Assembly: GCA_963728565.1 (NCBI GenBank)
Contig: CAVSLC010000010.1
Location: 192,001 to 256,000 of the forward strand
Length of the DNA stretch: 64,000 nucleotides
Direction: 5' to 3'
Source of the DNA: an uncultured delta proteobacterium
GTDB taxonomy: Bacteria; Desulfobacterota; Binatia; UBA9968
Position numbers and translations under genes: made by a program. Under the pieces are notes generated by a model. That model saw only the letters and a program-made list of their open reading frames with translations. It searched no databases and was not told the origin of the DNA. Below, one piece after another: positions 33,520 to 42,851 of the stretch (its first letter is position 1; each line of letters begins with the position of its first letter).

Positions 33520-33717
33520 AAAATTTGACGATAATTGTGTTGTTGGATTCAGAATGCGCTGGCAAACCGCACGCTCCTCCAGCAGCTTCTGCTTGAACTC
33601 CGCGTCCGTGATGCCGCCCTACTCAATCAACAGCTTCGTGAGTGCGTCTGTCCTGGCGAAGGTTGAGATCATGAGTTCTTGCAGCGATACGGTTTTGGTT
33701 TTGTCGAGTTCTGCCAT
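33520..33717 (-). pseudogene. Small hypothetical protein with in-frame TAG (3' end approximate)
   Basis: MAELDKTKTVSLQELMISTFARTDALTKLLIE*GGITDAEFKQKLLEERA. TAG at 33619-33621. Starts 7 nt after the last SBP stop. Confidence 0.55.
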
Positions 33718-33724
33718 TGCGTCC

Positions 33725-34819
33725 CTACTTAATCACCTTGTTCGCCCGCTCGAGCACCTCGACCGGAATTGTCAGACCGATCTGTTTTGCCGCCTTAAGA
33801 TTAACGATGAATTCAAACTTCGACGCCTGCTGCACCGGCAGATCAGCCGGTTTGGCACCTTTCAAAATCTTGTCCACGTAAACAGCCGCGCGCCGGTAGA
33901 GGTCATCGTAATCCGCTCCGTAGGACATGAGCCCGCCCTCATCGACAAACTCCTTCTGAATGTAAATAGCCGGCAGCCGATATCTGCCGGCAAGCTCGAC
34001 AATCCGCTTTCTTTCGGCGAAAAGGCGGCGCCCAGCACTTGTCATGATCGCGTCGACCTGCTTCTGCTTTGCCGCTTGAAAGGCGCTTTCCAGACCTTTG
34101 CGGTCAGGTTTAGTTTCGATTTCTTCTAGTTTCAGTTTCAGCGCCACCGCCGCAGGCCTGAGTTCTTTAATTTGCGGGTTGAATAGGCTATCCGCCGATG
34201 ACCGCAGAAATCCAAATCCGACAAGCTTGGGAACTGCATCCTTAAGTATCTCTAGCCTTTTGGTGTTTAGTTCAGGCGCTAAACTAGACATCCCCGTGAC
34301 ATTGCCACCCGGCCGCGCCAAACTGGAAACTAACCCTGAAGCCACGGGGTCCCCGGCGTTTGTCATCACGATTGGTATGGTAGTGGTGGCGTTCTTAGCC
34401 GCCAACACCGGTTGTGTCGATGCGGCAACAATTAGATCGACCTTAAAACGAACCAAGTCCGCTGCAAGCTCGGGCAAGCGATCATTCTTTTGCTCTGCAA
34501 ACCGGTATTCGATCGCAATGTTCTTTCCCTCAGTCCAGCCAAGCTTGCTCAGCTCTTGCCGGAACGCGTCTATGAGGACCGCGCTACCGGAAGCAGTGCT
34601 TCCGTCCAGGTAGCCTATACGGAGGACTTTTCCTACCTGCTGCGCCGAGACCCAAGCCCCACTAAAGACGAATGTGAAAGCGATCACGAAAATCCCCACC
34701 CATTTTAGACTTTGGATTTTAGATTTTAGATTGTTCACGGAAAAAGATTCCGACCGGATCATCTTCCGGACCGGTTTTCTCCGCAATCCAAAATCCAAAA
34801 TCGCAAATCCAAAATTCAC
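33725..34819 (-). CDS. ABC_sub_bind-type substrate-binding protein, array member 7
   Basis: RIGYL, IEYRFAE, SLARPGGNVTG, GGLMSYG and ILKGAKPADLPV. Confidence 0.9.
   Translation of the reverse strand: MNFGFAILDFGLRRKPVRKMIRSESFSVNNLKSKIQSLKWVGIFVIAFTFVFSGAWVSAQQVGKVLRIGYLDGSTASGSAVLIDAFRQELSKLGWTEGKNIAIEYRFAEQKNDRLPELAADLVRFKVDLIVAASTQPVLAAKNATTTIPIVMTNAGDPVASGLVSSLARPGGNVTGMSSLAPELNTKRLEILKDAVPKLVGFGFLRSSADSLFNPQIKELRPAAVALKLKLEEIETKPDRKGLESAFQAAKQKQVDAIMTSAGRRLFAERKRIVELAGRYRLPAIYIQKEFVDEGGLMSYGADYDDLYRRAAVYVDKILKGAKPADLPVQQASKFEFIVNLKAAKQIGLTIPVEVLERANKVIK
34702..34815. repeat. Inverted pair of heptamer tandem arrays (ATTTTRG)n...(AATCCAA)n
   Basis: 31-nt arms at 34702-34732 and 34785-34815 with a 52-nt spacer, abutting the upstream stop codon. 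Confidence 0.9.
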
Positions 34820-35793
34820 TTGATGACCCTAACTGCTCGTGCCAGAACGTTTTGTGGAATTGTCAGTCCGATCTGCTTTGCCGTATTCAGATTGATTACC
34901 AGCTCGAACTCGGTTGCCTGCTCGACCGGTAGGTCGGCTGGCTTGGCTCCCTTCAGGATCTTGTCCACATAGATGGCAGCGCGTTTGTAACTCGCAGCTT
35001 GGTCCGCTGAATAGGACATCAGCCCACCGGCGTCGACGTAATCGCTTTGCTCGTTTGCAGAAGGTAGCCGGTTCTTGATGGCAAGCTCGGCAATCTTCTC
35101 CGCATGCGGATTAAGCACAGCATTGCTAATCGTGAGGAGGGCGCCAGCGCGCGCTCTTCCTGCAGCTTGGAACGCATCATCTAGATCCGGATGAGGGCCG
35201 CGAACTCCGATCGATTGGAGCTGTATCTTTAAAGTGCGCGCAGGCGTCTCATACATTTTGAAGTCACTGATTGAGGTCGCATTCATAAGAGCAGCGACAC
35301 GCGATATTCCGGGGAGCACCTCCTTTAATAATTCGAGCCGTTTTCCGCTTAGCTCTCTTTGAAGCGTGGTTACCCCCGTGATATTGCCACCAGGCTTAGC
35401 CAGGCTGTTGATGAATCCGGCCGCCACCGGATCCTGAGTTGTCACCATCACAATGGGGATGGTCTTGGTCGCTTGCTTGGCGGCGCGGATCGATGGTTGG
35501 GCTCTAACGACAAGCACATCAACTTTCTGTTGCACAAGTTCGTTAACGAGCCGTGGAATCTGATCGGTTCTGCCGCTAATGTGGCGATACTCAACCAGAA
35601 TGTTTTTCCCCTCCGTATAACCAACTTGATTAAGCGCCTGACGGAATGCCTCCACCTGAGTCCCGGGTCGATCTAGATTGCCAGCGGACACAAATCCGAT
35701 CCGGGGGACTTTCTTCGGCTGCTGCGCCTCAAGTGGAAAGCTAAGCGCGCAGAGCATGGCGCAGAGCGTAAGACCGTAGAAGTTTCTTCTCAT
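34816..35793 (-). CDS. ABC_sub_bind-type substrate-binding protein, array member 6
   Basis: Same motif set as member 7, plus a signal peptide. Confidence 0.9.
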   Translation of the reverse strand: MRRNFYGLTLCAMLCALSFPLEAQQPKKVPRIGFVSAGNLDRPGTQVEAFRQALNQVGYTEGKNILVEYRHISGRTDQIPRLVNELVQQKVDVLVVRAQPSIRAAKQATKTIPIVMVTTQDPVAAGFINSLAKPGGNITGVTTLQRELSGKRLELLKEVLPGISRVAALMNATSISDFKMYETPARTLKIQLQSIGVRGPHPDLDDAFQAAGRARAGALLTISNAVLNPHAEKIAELAIKNRLPSANEQSDYVDAGGLMSYSADQAASYKRAAIYVDKILKGAKPADLPVEQATEFELVINLNTAKQIGLTIPQNVLARAVRVIK

Positions 35794-35838
35794 GAGTCTC
35801 CACACATGTCTTCGGCGAACCCTGGTCGTCGCTCCGAG

Positions 35839-36867
35839 CTATCTAATGACCTTGTCCGCTCGCGCGAGCACGCTCTGCGGAATCGTCAAGCCGATTTGCT
35901 TCGCCGTTTTCAGATTGATCATCAGCTCGAACTTCGTCGGTTGCTCCACGGGTAGGTCGGCGGGCTTAGCGCCTTTGAGAATCCTATCAACGTAGACGGC
36001 GACACGACGGTAGCTGTCTACTACATCCGCCCCATAGAACATGAGCCCGCCGGCATCTACAGCTTCTGCGTTGTTGTATATCGACGGTAACCGACTCTTT
36101 AACGCGAAGCCGGCAATCCGCTTATAGATAACCCACACTCGTGTGCCTGAGAGCACGTACAATCCGTCCGGGTGCTCTTTGATAAACGCAGCGAATGCTC
36201 GCTCGAAACCGTCCGGGTCTGGTACCTCCCAAGGCTGAATAGCTAGTTTCAGCAAACCCGCTGTCATTGGGAGAACTTCTTTCACCTCGCGTACATGGGA
36301 AGGATTGACTGGATCGTAGAGAACCGCGACACGGGCAAGTTTGGGAACGGCTTCTTTGAGCAGTTCCAACCGCTTTCCCCCCAGTTCTCGCGCAAGGTTT
36401 GTAAGGCCGGTGACGTTGGCGCCGGGACGGGCGAGGCTTTCGATCAGCCCTGCCTCGACGGGATCGGATCCGCCCGCCATAACGATCGGAATCGTTTTGG
36501 TCGCATTCTTTACCGCCCGGACCGGCGTGTTCCCTCCTGCCACGACGAGGACATCAACCTTGAGACGCACCAGCTCGGTCGCAAGTTCAGGAAAGCGATC
36601 GCGCTTGCCCTCCGCGTATCGGTACTCCGCGGCAATGTTCTGTCCTTCTATGTAGCCAAGCTCGCGGAGAGCCAGTCGAGTTGCCTCGAAAACAGTGGAC
36701 TCACTAGCGGGACTGCCAGGTAATAGATATCCTATTCGCGGCAGTTTCGTTTGCTGCTGCGCTTCCGTCTGCGGGCCAAACGCAAAGAGCATGGTGCAAA
36801 GCGCAAAGGCAACGAGTTTAACTTTTGTCTTAGCGCCTAATGCCTGGTGCCTAATGCCTGGTTTCAT
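35839..36867 (-). CDS. ABC_sub_bind-type substrate-binding protein, array member 5
   Basis: Same motif set; ATGA overlap with the upstream stop. Confidence 0.9.
   Translation of the reverse strand: MKPGIRHQALGAKTKVKLVAFALCTMLFAFGPQTEAQQQTKLPRIGYLLPGSPASESTVFEATRLALRELGYIEGQNIAAEYRYAEGKRDRFPELATELVRLKVDVLVVAGGNTPVRAVKNATKTIPIVMAGGSDPVEAGLIESLARPGANVTGLTNLARELGGKRLELLKEAVPKLARVAVLYDPVNPSHVREVKEVLPMTAGLLKLAIQPWEVPDPDGFERAFAAFIKEHPDGLYVLSGTRVWVIYKRIAGFALKSRLPSIYNNAEAVDAGGLMFYGADVVDSYRRVAVYVDRILKGAKPADLPVEQPTKFELMINLKTAKQIGLTIPQSVLARADKVIR
36834..36861. repeat. Heptamer tandem repeat (YGCCTRR)4
   Basis: CGCCTAA TGCCTGG TGCCTAA TGCCTGG next to the stop/start overlap. Confidence 0.85.
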
Positions 36868-37900
36868 TTGATCACCTTATCTGCTCGCGCCAGCACATTC
36901 GGCGAAATTGTCAGACCAATCTGCTTGGCCGTCTTGAGATTGATGACCAGCTCGAACTTCGACGACTGTTCCACCGGGAGATCGGCGGGCTTGGCGCCCT
37001 TGAGGATTTTGTCCAGGTACCAGGCCACGCGCCAATAGCTGTCCGCGGGGTCCGCGTCGTAAGACATGAGCCCACCGGCGTCTACATACTGTATATTGCT
37101 GCCCACGGATGGTAACCGGGTCTTCAACGCAAAGCTCACGATCCGTTTCAGGTTAGCCGTCATTAGCGGGCTCGTGGTCACGTAGAGTCCATCCGGGCGC
37201 TGCTTATTCAGCGCAGCGAATATCTTCTCGAAACCGTCACTGCCTTGTACCTCCCAAGACCGAACCGTCAACCCCAGCGCCCGCTCCGCTCCTGGGAGAA
37301 CGTCTTTCAGCTCGCGTAAACTGCCCGGATTGGCCGACTCGTGGAGAACCGCGATACGAACAACTGTGGGAACGGCTTCTTTGAGCAACTCCAGCCGCTT
37401 ACCACCTAGTTCTCTGGTAAGGTTTGTAATGCCGGTAACGTTGCCGCCGGGACGGGCAAGGCTTTCAACTAGGCCCCCCGCGACAGGGTCGATCCCACTG
37501 CCTCCCATAACGATAGGAATCGTCTTGGTCGCATTCTTGGCCGCCCTAATCCCCATGATTCCTCCTGCTACCACGACGATATACCTTGAGACGCACCAGC
37601 TCGTTCACAAGCTCCGGAAGCCGATCTTGCTTCCCCTCCGCATATCGATACTCGATGGTGATGTTCTGTCTTCTATGTAGCCAAGCTCGCGGAGACCCAG
37701 TCGAATTGCTTGGAAACGTCCGGAGTCACGAGCTTGATCGAGCGTCGATAGATATCCTATCCGAGGGATTTTCTTGCCTGCTGCGCGTCGGCCACAGTCC
37801 CACTCAACACAAGCACCAAAATGAACACCCAAAGCCCCAGCCATTTTGGATTTTCGATTTTGGATTTTAGATTGTCGGATTCCAAAATCAGAACCCGCAT
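36864..37900 (-). CDS. ABC_sub_bind-type substrate-binding protein, array member 4 (about 3 frameshifts in the 5' part)
   Basis: MRVLILESDNLKSKIENPKWLGLWV...AQQ / IPRIGYL / QNITIEYRYAEG / VVAGG... Breaks near 37770, 37670 and 37580. Confidence 0.8.
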
Positions 37901-37952
37901 GCTTTGCTCATTTGTTTCTCCTAATCGAAAATCGCCAAACTGAAATCGAAAT
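37843..37952. repeat. Inverted heptamer-array element
   Basis: ATTTTGG ATTTTCG ATTTTGG ATTTTAG ATT ... AATCGAA AATCGCC AAACTGA AATCGAA AT. Confidence 0.85.
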
Positions 37953-39010
37953 TATTTGATGACCCTATCCGTCCGTGCCAACACGTTTTGCGGAATCATC
38001 AGGCCAAGAGTCTTGGCGGTCTTTAAGTTGATCACAAGCTCGAACTTCGTGGGCTGCTCGACCGGAAGATCGGCGGGTTTGGCACCTTTCAGAATCTTTT
38101 CGACCATCAGCGCCGCGCGCTGGTATCGTTCGATAGCGTCAGATCCGTAGGACATTAACCCGCCGTTGGCGACGAATTCTCTTCCAGCGCCGATAGCCGG
38201 CAACCGATATTTTGTGGCAAGGTTGATGATTTGTACTTGATTAGTAGTGAGCAACGCACCTGCGGTCACGACGAGAGCGCTGTTATGCGCTTTAGCGGCC
38301 TCTTTGAACTCGCTATCTAATTGATCGGCGCTGTTTACCGCGATGGAATGAAGTTGCAGATCCAGCTCCTTTGCCGCGGGTTGGCTTTCTTTCCATACTT
38401 GCGTAGAGCCCGCGTTTTGCGGATTCCACAGCACCGCGACCCGAGCAAGCTTGGGAACGGTTTCCTTGAGCAACTCCAGTCTTTTGCCAGCCAATTCAGA
38501 GGCTATACTGCTGACCCCTGTAAGGTTCCCTCCAGGTCTCGCCAGGCTGTCAACCAGACCAAGCACAACAGGATCGGATCCCGCCCCCAGAAAAACGATG
38601 GGGATTGTTTTAGTAGCGTTCTTGGCGGCGCCCGTGTCATTGGACCCTGGCGTGATGATCACGTCGACCTTGAGACGGACCAGCTCATCAGCCAGGACGG
38701 GAAGCCGGTCGTACTTAGTATCGGCGAACCGATGGATAAAAATTACGTTCTTGCCGTCGACATAACCAAGTTTCCGGAACTCTCGCTTGAACGATTCGTG
38801 CCACGGTCGGGAACTGGGACCAGATCCAAGAAACCCAATCTTCGGTATCTTTATCGGCTGCTGGGCCTCAACGACTGGTACAGCCACCAGGAACAGGAAA
38901 GCGATGACCCAAACCCCGAGCCAACTTAGATTTTCGATTGACGATCCTTCGTCATGGCTCAGTACAGCTTTTGGACTGTCGTAAAGGGACTTCGAGGGGC
39001 AAACGTCCAT
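37952..39010 (-). CDS. ABC_sub_bind-type substrate-binding protein, array member 3
   Basis: Same motif set as member 7. Confidence 0.9.
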   Translation of the reverse strand: MDVCPSKSLYDSPKAVLSHDEGSSIENLSWLGVWVIAFLFLVAVPVVEAQQPIKIPKIGFLGSGPSSRPWHESFKREFRKLGYVDGKNVIFIHRFADTKYDRLPVLADELVRLKVDVIITPGSNDTGAAKNATKTIPIVFLGAGSDPVVLGLVDSLARPGGNLTGVSSIASELAGKRLELLKETVPKLARVAVLWNPQNAGSTQVWKESQPAAKELDLQLHSIAVNSADQLDSEFKEAAKAHNSALVVTAGALLTTNQVQIINLATKYRLPAIGAGREFVANGGLMSYGSDAIERYQRAALMVEKILKGAKPADLPVEQPTKFELVINLKTAKTLGLMIPQNVLARTDRVIK

Positions 39011-39062
39011 TGGTTTGTTCTCTTGGATTTTAATCGAAAATCTAAAATCGAAATCCGAAATC
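38923..39062. repeat. Inverted heptamer-array element with an internal REP-like motif
   Basis: AACTTAG ATTTTCG ATT ... CCTTCGTCATGGCTCAGTACAG ... AATCGAA AATCTAA AATCGAA ATCCGA AATC. Confidence 0.75.
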
Positions 39063-40100
39063 TTATTTTATGACCTTGTCCGCTCGCGCCAGCACGCTCG
39101 GCGGAATGATAAGGCCGATCTGTTTCGCCGTTTTCAAATTGATGATGAACTCGAATTTTGTGGGCCGCTCTATCGGCAAGTCGGCAGGCCTAGCGCCTTT
39201 GAGAATTTTGTCGACGAAATACGCGACCCGGCGGTCGCTGTCCACGCGGTCCGCCCCGTAGGACATCAGCCCACCGGCATCTACGAATTCTCTGGTAAAG
39301 TACATCGACGGAATCCGGCTCTTTAACGCAAACTCGACAATCGGTTTTTCGTTTACACGCATTATCGTGCCGCCGAGCACGTAAAGCCCATCGGGATGCT
39401 GTTTGCTCATCGCGGCGAATACGCTCTCAAAAGCGTCCGCATGTCGTACCTCATAAAGCTGAATCGTCAACCCGATCGCACGCGCCGCAACCGGGAGATC
39501 CTCTTTTAGCTGGCGCACACTACCCAGAGCGGCCGGATTGTAGAGAGCCGCGACACGACCAAGTTTGGGAACGGTTTGTTTGAACAGCTCCAGCCGCTTT
39601 CCGCCTAATTCTCCGGTAAGGTTTGTAAGACCGGTGACGTTGCCGCCGGGACGGGCAAGATTTTCGACCAGTGCTGCCTCAACAGGATCAATTCCTTGGC
39701 CTGACATGACGATCGGAATCGTCTTGGTCGCGTTCTTGGCCGCCCGGGCTACTGTGTCGGCTCCTACTGCCACTATGATATCAACGTTGAGACGCACCAG
39801 CTCGGCCGCAATCTCAGGGAGCCGATCGAGCTGTCCCTCTGCATAACGATACTCAGTGACGGTGTTCTGTCCTTCAACGTAGCCTATCTCCCGCAGAGCC
39901 AGCGTAAACCGGGTGTTACGAGCTGCAGCGGTTCCTCCTGATAAATACCCTATATGGAAGACTCTCTTCGCTTGCTGCGCCTCGACGGCAGAGCACGGAG
40001 CAAGGAGAAGGGAGCATAGAGCAAGGAAAATGATTTTCTTACTCATTGCTGTCCGTCCTGCTTTTCCGATCTCTGACATCTGATCTCGGACCTCGGTCAT
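39063..40100 (-). CDS. ABC_sub_bind-type substrate-binding protein, array member 2
   Basis: Same motif set; ATGA overlap. Alternative start at 40046. Confidence 0.9.
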   Translation of the reverse strand: MTEVRDQMSEIGKAGRTAMSKKIIFLALCSLLLAPCSAVEAQQAKRVFHIGYLSGGTAAARNTRFTLALREIGYVEGQNTVTEYRYAEGQLDRLPEIAAELVRLNVDIIVAVGADTVARAAKNATKTIPIVMSGQGIDPVEAALVENLARPGGNVTGLTNLTGELGGKRLELFKQTVPKLGRVAALYNPAALGSVRQLKEDLPVAARAIGLTIQLYEVRHADAFESVFAAMSKQHPDGLYVLGGTIMRVNEKPIVEFALKSRIPSMYFTREFVDAGGLMSYGADRVDSDRRVAYFVDKILKGARPADLPIERPTKFEFIINLKTAKQIGLIIPPSVLARADKVIK

Positions 40101-41122
40101 CGGATCACCCGGTCCGCTCTCGCCAACACATTCGGCAGAATCGTGGCGCCGATCTGTTTGGCGGTCTTCAAGTTGATGACCAAATCGAATTTTGTCGGCT
40201 GCTCCACCGGAATGTTTGCAGGATTGGCGCCCCTGAGGATTTTGTCGACTAAGACAGCAGCCCGGATGTAATTATCAGCATCGTTGGCAGAGTAGGCTAC
40301 GAGTCCACCGGCCTCTACATAATTACTTGTCTCGCCCATGGAGGGCAGGCGGTTCTTTATCGCAAGCTCTGCGATCTGCTTCGAATTACGGCGGACTAAG
40401 GCATTGTTGACGATGACGAGGGCGCCTAAACGATCTTTGACGGCATTACGAAATGTGTTCTCAAGATCAGGCGCGGCACCCTTAATCGGGAGCGACTGAA
40501 GTTCAATCGTTAGCGCACGCGCCGTAGCTTCGTATTTGTGAAAAGCACTAGCGGCTCCTGGCGCGTCCGCATCCCAAATGACGCCTACTCGCGATACTTT
40601 CGGAATCGACTCTTGAAGCAGTTCCAGCCGTTTTCCACCCAATTCGCGGATGAGTCTGCTGATACCCGTGATATTTCCGCCCGGATGCGCCAAGCTTTGT
40701 ACCAGCCCGGTGGCAACTGGATCTGAAAGGATCACCATGACAATCGGAATCGTCTTGGTAACTTGCTTGGCTGCTTGGACCGCTGTTAAAGCTGTCAGGA
40801 CAAGGACATCGGGTTTGAGTTTTACGAGTTCGGCGACCAGCTCTGGCAGACGATCCTGTTGTCCTTCAGCATAACGATACTCAACCAGTATATTTTTCTG
40901 CTCGACATAACCGAGATTGCGCAGCCCTTGGCGAAATGCCTCTACGGATGGGCTGGGATCGCGAACATCGCCAGTCGATGACAGAAACCCGACGCGCGCG
41001 ATCTTTGTCGGCTGTTGCGCATTGACGGGGACACTAAATGCCAGAAACAAAATGCAAAGGGTGAAGCGGAGGTGTTTACTAGCTATACGTTCGCTCGTCG
41101 GCCGGCCGGTGCTTGAGATCAC
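40097..41122 (-). CDS. ABC_sub_bind-type substrate-binding protein, array member 1
   Basis: Same motif set. Start inferred at the GTG overlapping the stop of the upstream remnant. Confidence 0.85.
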   Translation of the reverse strand: MISSTGRPTSERIASKHLRFTLCILFLAFSVPVNAQQPTKIARVGFLSSTGDVRDPSPSVEAFRQGLRNLGYVEQKNILVEYRYAEGQQDRLPELVAELVKLKPDVLVLTALTAVQAAKQVTKTIPIVMVILSDPVATGLVQSLAHPGGNITGISRLIRELGGKRLELLQESIPKVSRVGVIWDADAPGAASAFHKYEATARALTIELQSLPIKGAAPDLENTFRNAVKDRLGALVIVNNALVRRNSKQIAELAIKNRLPSMGETSNYVEAGGLVAYSANDADNYIRAAVLVDKILRGANPANIPVEQPTKFDLVINLKTAKQIGATILPNVLARADRVIR

Positions 41123-41184
41123 TGGATCAACTTGTTTGCTCTCGCCAGCACGCTTCCCGGGACTGTCAGGCCGATCTGCTTCGT
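41119..41184 (-). pseudogene. 3'-terminal remnant of another ABC_sub_bind paralogue
   Basis: TKQIGLTVPGSVLARANKLIQ* matches the C-termini of the array members. Confidence 0.85.
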
Positions 41185-41298
41185 GTGTCAGTTCGCCTAG
41201 CCCAGATCGGCAATCGAAATCAGAATCTTGGCTTATCCAGCGGATCATCAGAGTTAGTTTTCGACTAAATCCCAAAAACATCTCATAGAGCTCAAACT

Positions 41299-41333
41299 AA
41301 AAAGGCCCGACCGGTGTGAAACCAATCGGGCCC
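41299..41333 (-). terminator. Rho-independent terminator
   Basis: On the minus strand, stem GGCCCGATTGGT/ACCGGTCGGGCC followed by TTTTT. Confidence 0.75.
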
Positions 41334-41935
41334 AATGAAAGGATGGTAAGGGTTGCAGCCTGAACAGCGTCAGCCGGATGTTTTTGTTTTTGCTAGTTTG
41401 CGACCACGTTACCAGTGCGCTTAAACTACCATTGTAGGCCGCTAATAGATCACCTCCGCTGATTTGTTGACGCTTTGCTGTCGAGCGAATCCATCCGAAA
41501 TAGCTGCCTAGAGATTCATTGAGCAATCGCGAGGCCAGCGCTCGCTACTCTCTTAAGCAGCTCGGCACTATGAAACTGAAGAAAAATCTCATCATTCACT
41601 CGCTTTTCGATCGTGCGAGAGCCAGATCGATGTATCCGTTTGACTACCAGCCATAGCAAATTTGATTCGGGCTTGAGATATAAACCCCTGTTCCAACAAG
41701 TTGCTCCTTAAGTGACTTTTGCTGGGGCGGGGTAGGGAACCCCACTGGCCTCCAGCACCGGCGTTTGACTGACGCCAGGCGTCGCTACTAAGTAAATCGC
41801 ACGCCTAAGCAATCATTTCAGGTCCGTCCCAATCGTTTGCCGGTTTGCTCAGCTTTGGGGCTTGTAGTAATGAGAGACACAGACAACCGACGGAACATCT
41901 CAGGAACCGAATCAATAAGTAGCTCAGAAACGATA

Positions 41936-42682
41936 CTAAGCCGACCTCCTTTCAACCTGCTCTTTAGGTAGCGCACGTTCGGCTTCTCTTGTGCTAATGA
42001 CCTCCACAGGTTTATGCGTCGACGCGTAGGCGGCTGCCGCGATCGCTGCACCGATAATCGGCGCGATAATAAATAGCCATAATTGGCTCAATGCCCAGCC
42101 GCCGACGAAAATGGCGGGTCCGATACTGCGCGCTGGATTGACCGAAGTGTTGGTTACGGGAATACCTACCAAATGAATAAGTGCCAGGATCAATCCGATA
42201 GCTATTCCGGCAAAACCGACAGGTGCTCTGATATCGGTGGCGCCGAGAACGGTGTAAACCAGAAAAAATGTTAGGACGACTTCGACCAGGAACGCCGATA
42301 ATAGATTATATTTGCCCGGCGAGTGTTCGCCATAACCATTTGCCGCGAAACCAGAAACAGATGGATCGTAGCCGCCCGGTGCGCCTTGGGCGATGATCAA
42401 CAAAATTCCGGCAGCCAAAATCGCACCGACGATCTGCGCCACGATATACCCGCCTGCAAACTTCGGATCCATCTTCTTGGTCAGAAGTAGTCCGACGGTT
42501 ACCGCAGGATTTATGTGGCAGCCGGATATGGGTCCTATGGCATAAATCATTGCCAGCAGAGACAGGCCGAAAGCCAACGAGACGCCGAGAAAGCCAATTT
42601 TATCTCCCGCCAACACGGCGCTGCCGCAGCTGGCAAAAACCAGCACAAACGTGCCGAGTAATTCGGCAATATATCTGTTCAT
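41936..42682 (-). CDS. aqpZ: Aquaporin Z
   Basis: [17 protein letters not shown] and [10 protein letters not shown]; two NPA boxes. Confidence 0.93.
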   Translation of the reverse strand: MNRYIAELLGTFVLVFASCGSAVLAGDKIGFLGVSLAFGLSLLAMIYAIGPISGCHINPAVTVGLLLTKKMDPKFAGGYIVAQIVGAILAAGILLIIAQGAPGGYDPSVSGFAANGYGEHSPGKYNLLSAFLVEVVLTFFLVYTVLGATDIRAPVGFAGIAIGLILALIHLVGIPVTNTSVNPARSIGPAIFVGGWALSQLWLFIIAPIIGAAIAAAAYASTHKPVEVISTREAERALPKEQVERRSA

Positions 42683-42851
42683 AGATTTGCCTCCCTTATA
42701 GACAACCATACGATGACCATTAACGAATGCTGTCTAATAATGGACAACCTCCAGGACTAAGCTAAGGCGGTGGGCCGCGGCGCGGCTTCTGCCCGGGTTC
42801 CGCTTGCCAGGAATCTCGATTTGATTACGTAGCGAACTTCAGAACTTCCCA

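Noticed and set aside
34702-39062. Repeat elements as a CRISPR array or classical integron
   Set aside because: The spacers are whole genes, the repeats are degenerate heptamers, there are no canonical attC boxes, and no cas or intI gene is in the window.
33488-40252. Recurrent + strand ORFs (MTLSARAST..., DHLVRPRQH...) that resemble each other
   Set aside because: They are antisense shadows of the conserved SBP paralogues, so their similarity is explained by the minus-strand genes.
33725-41184. Diversity-generating retroelement
   Set aside because: No reverse transcriptase, and no near-identical template/variable pair with adenine-specific differences was seen.
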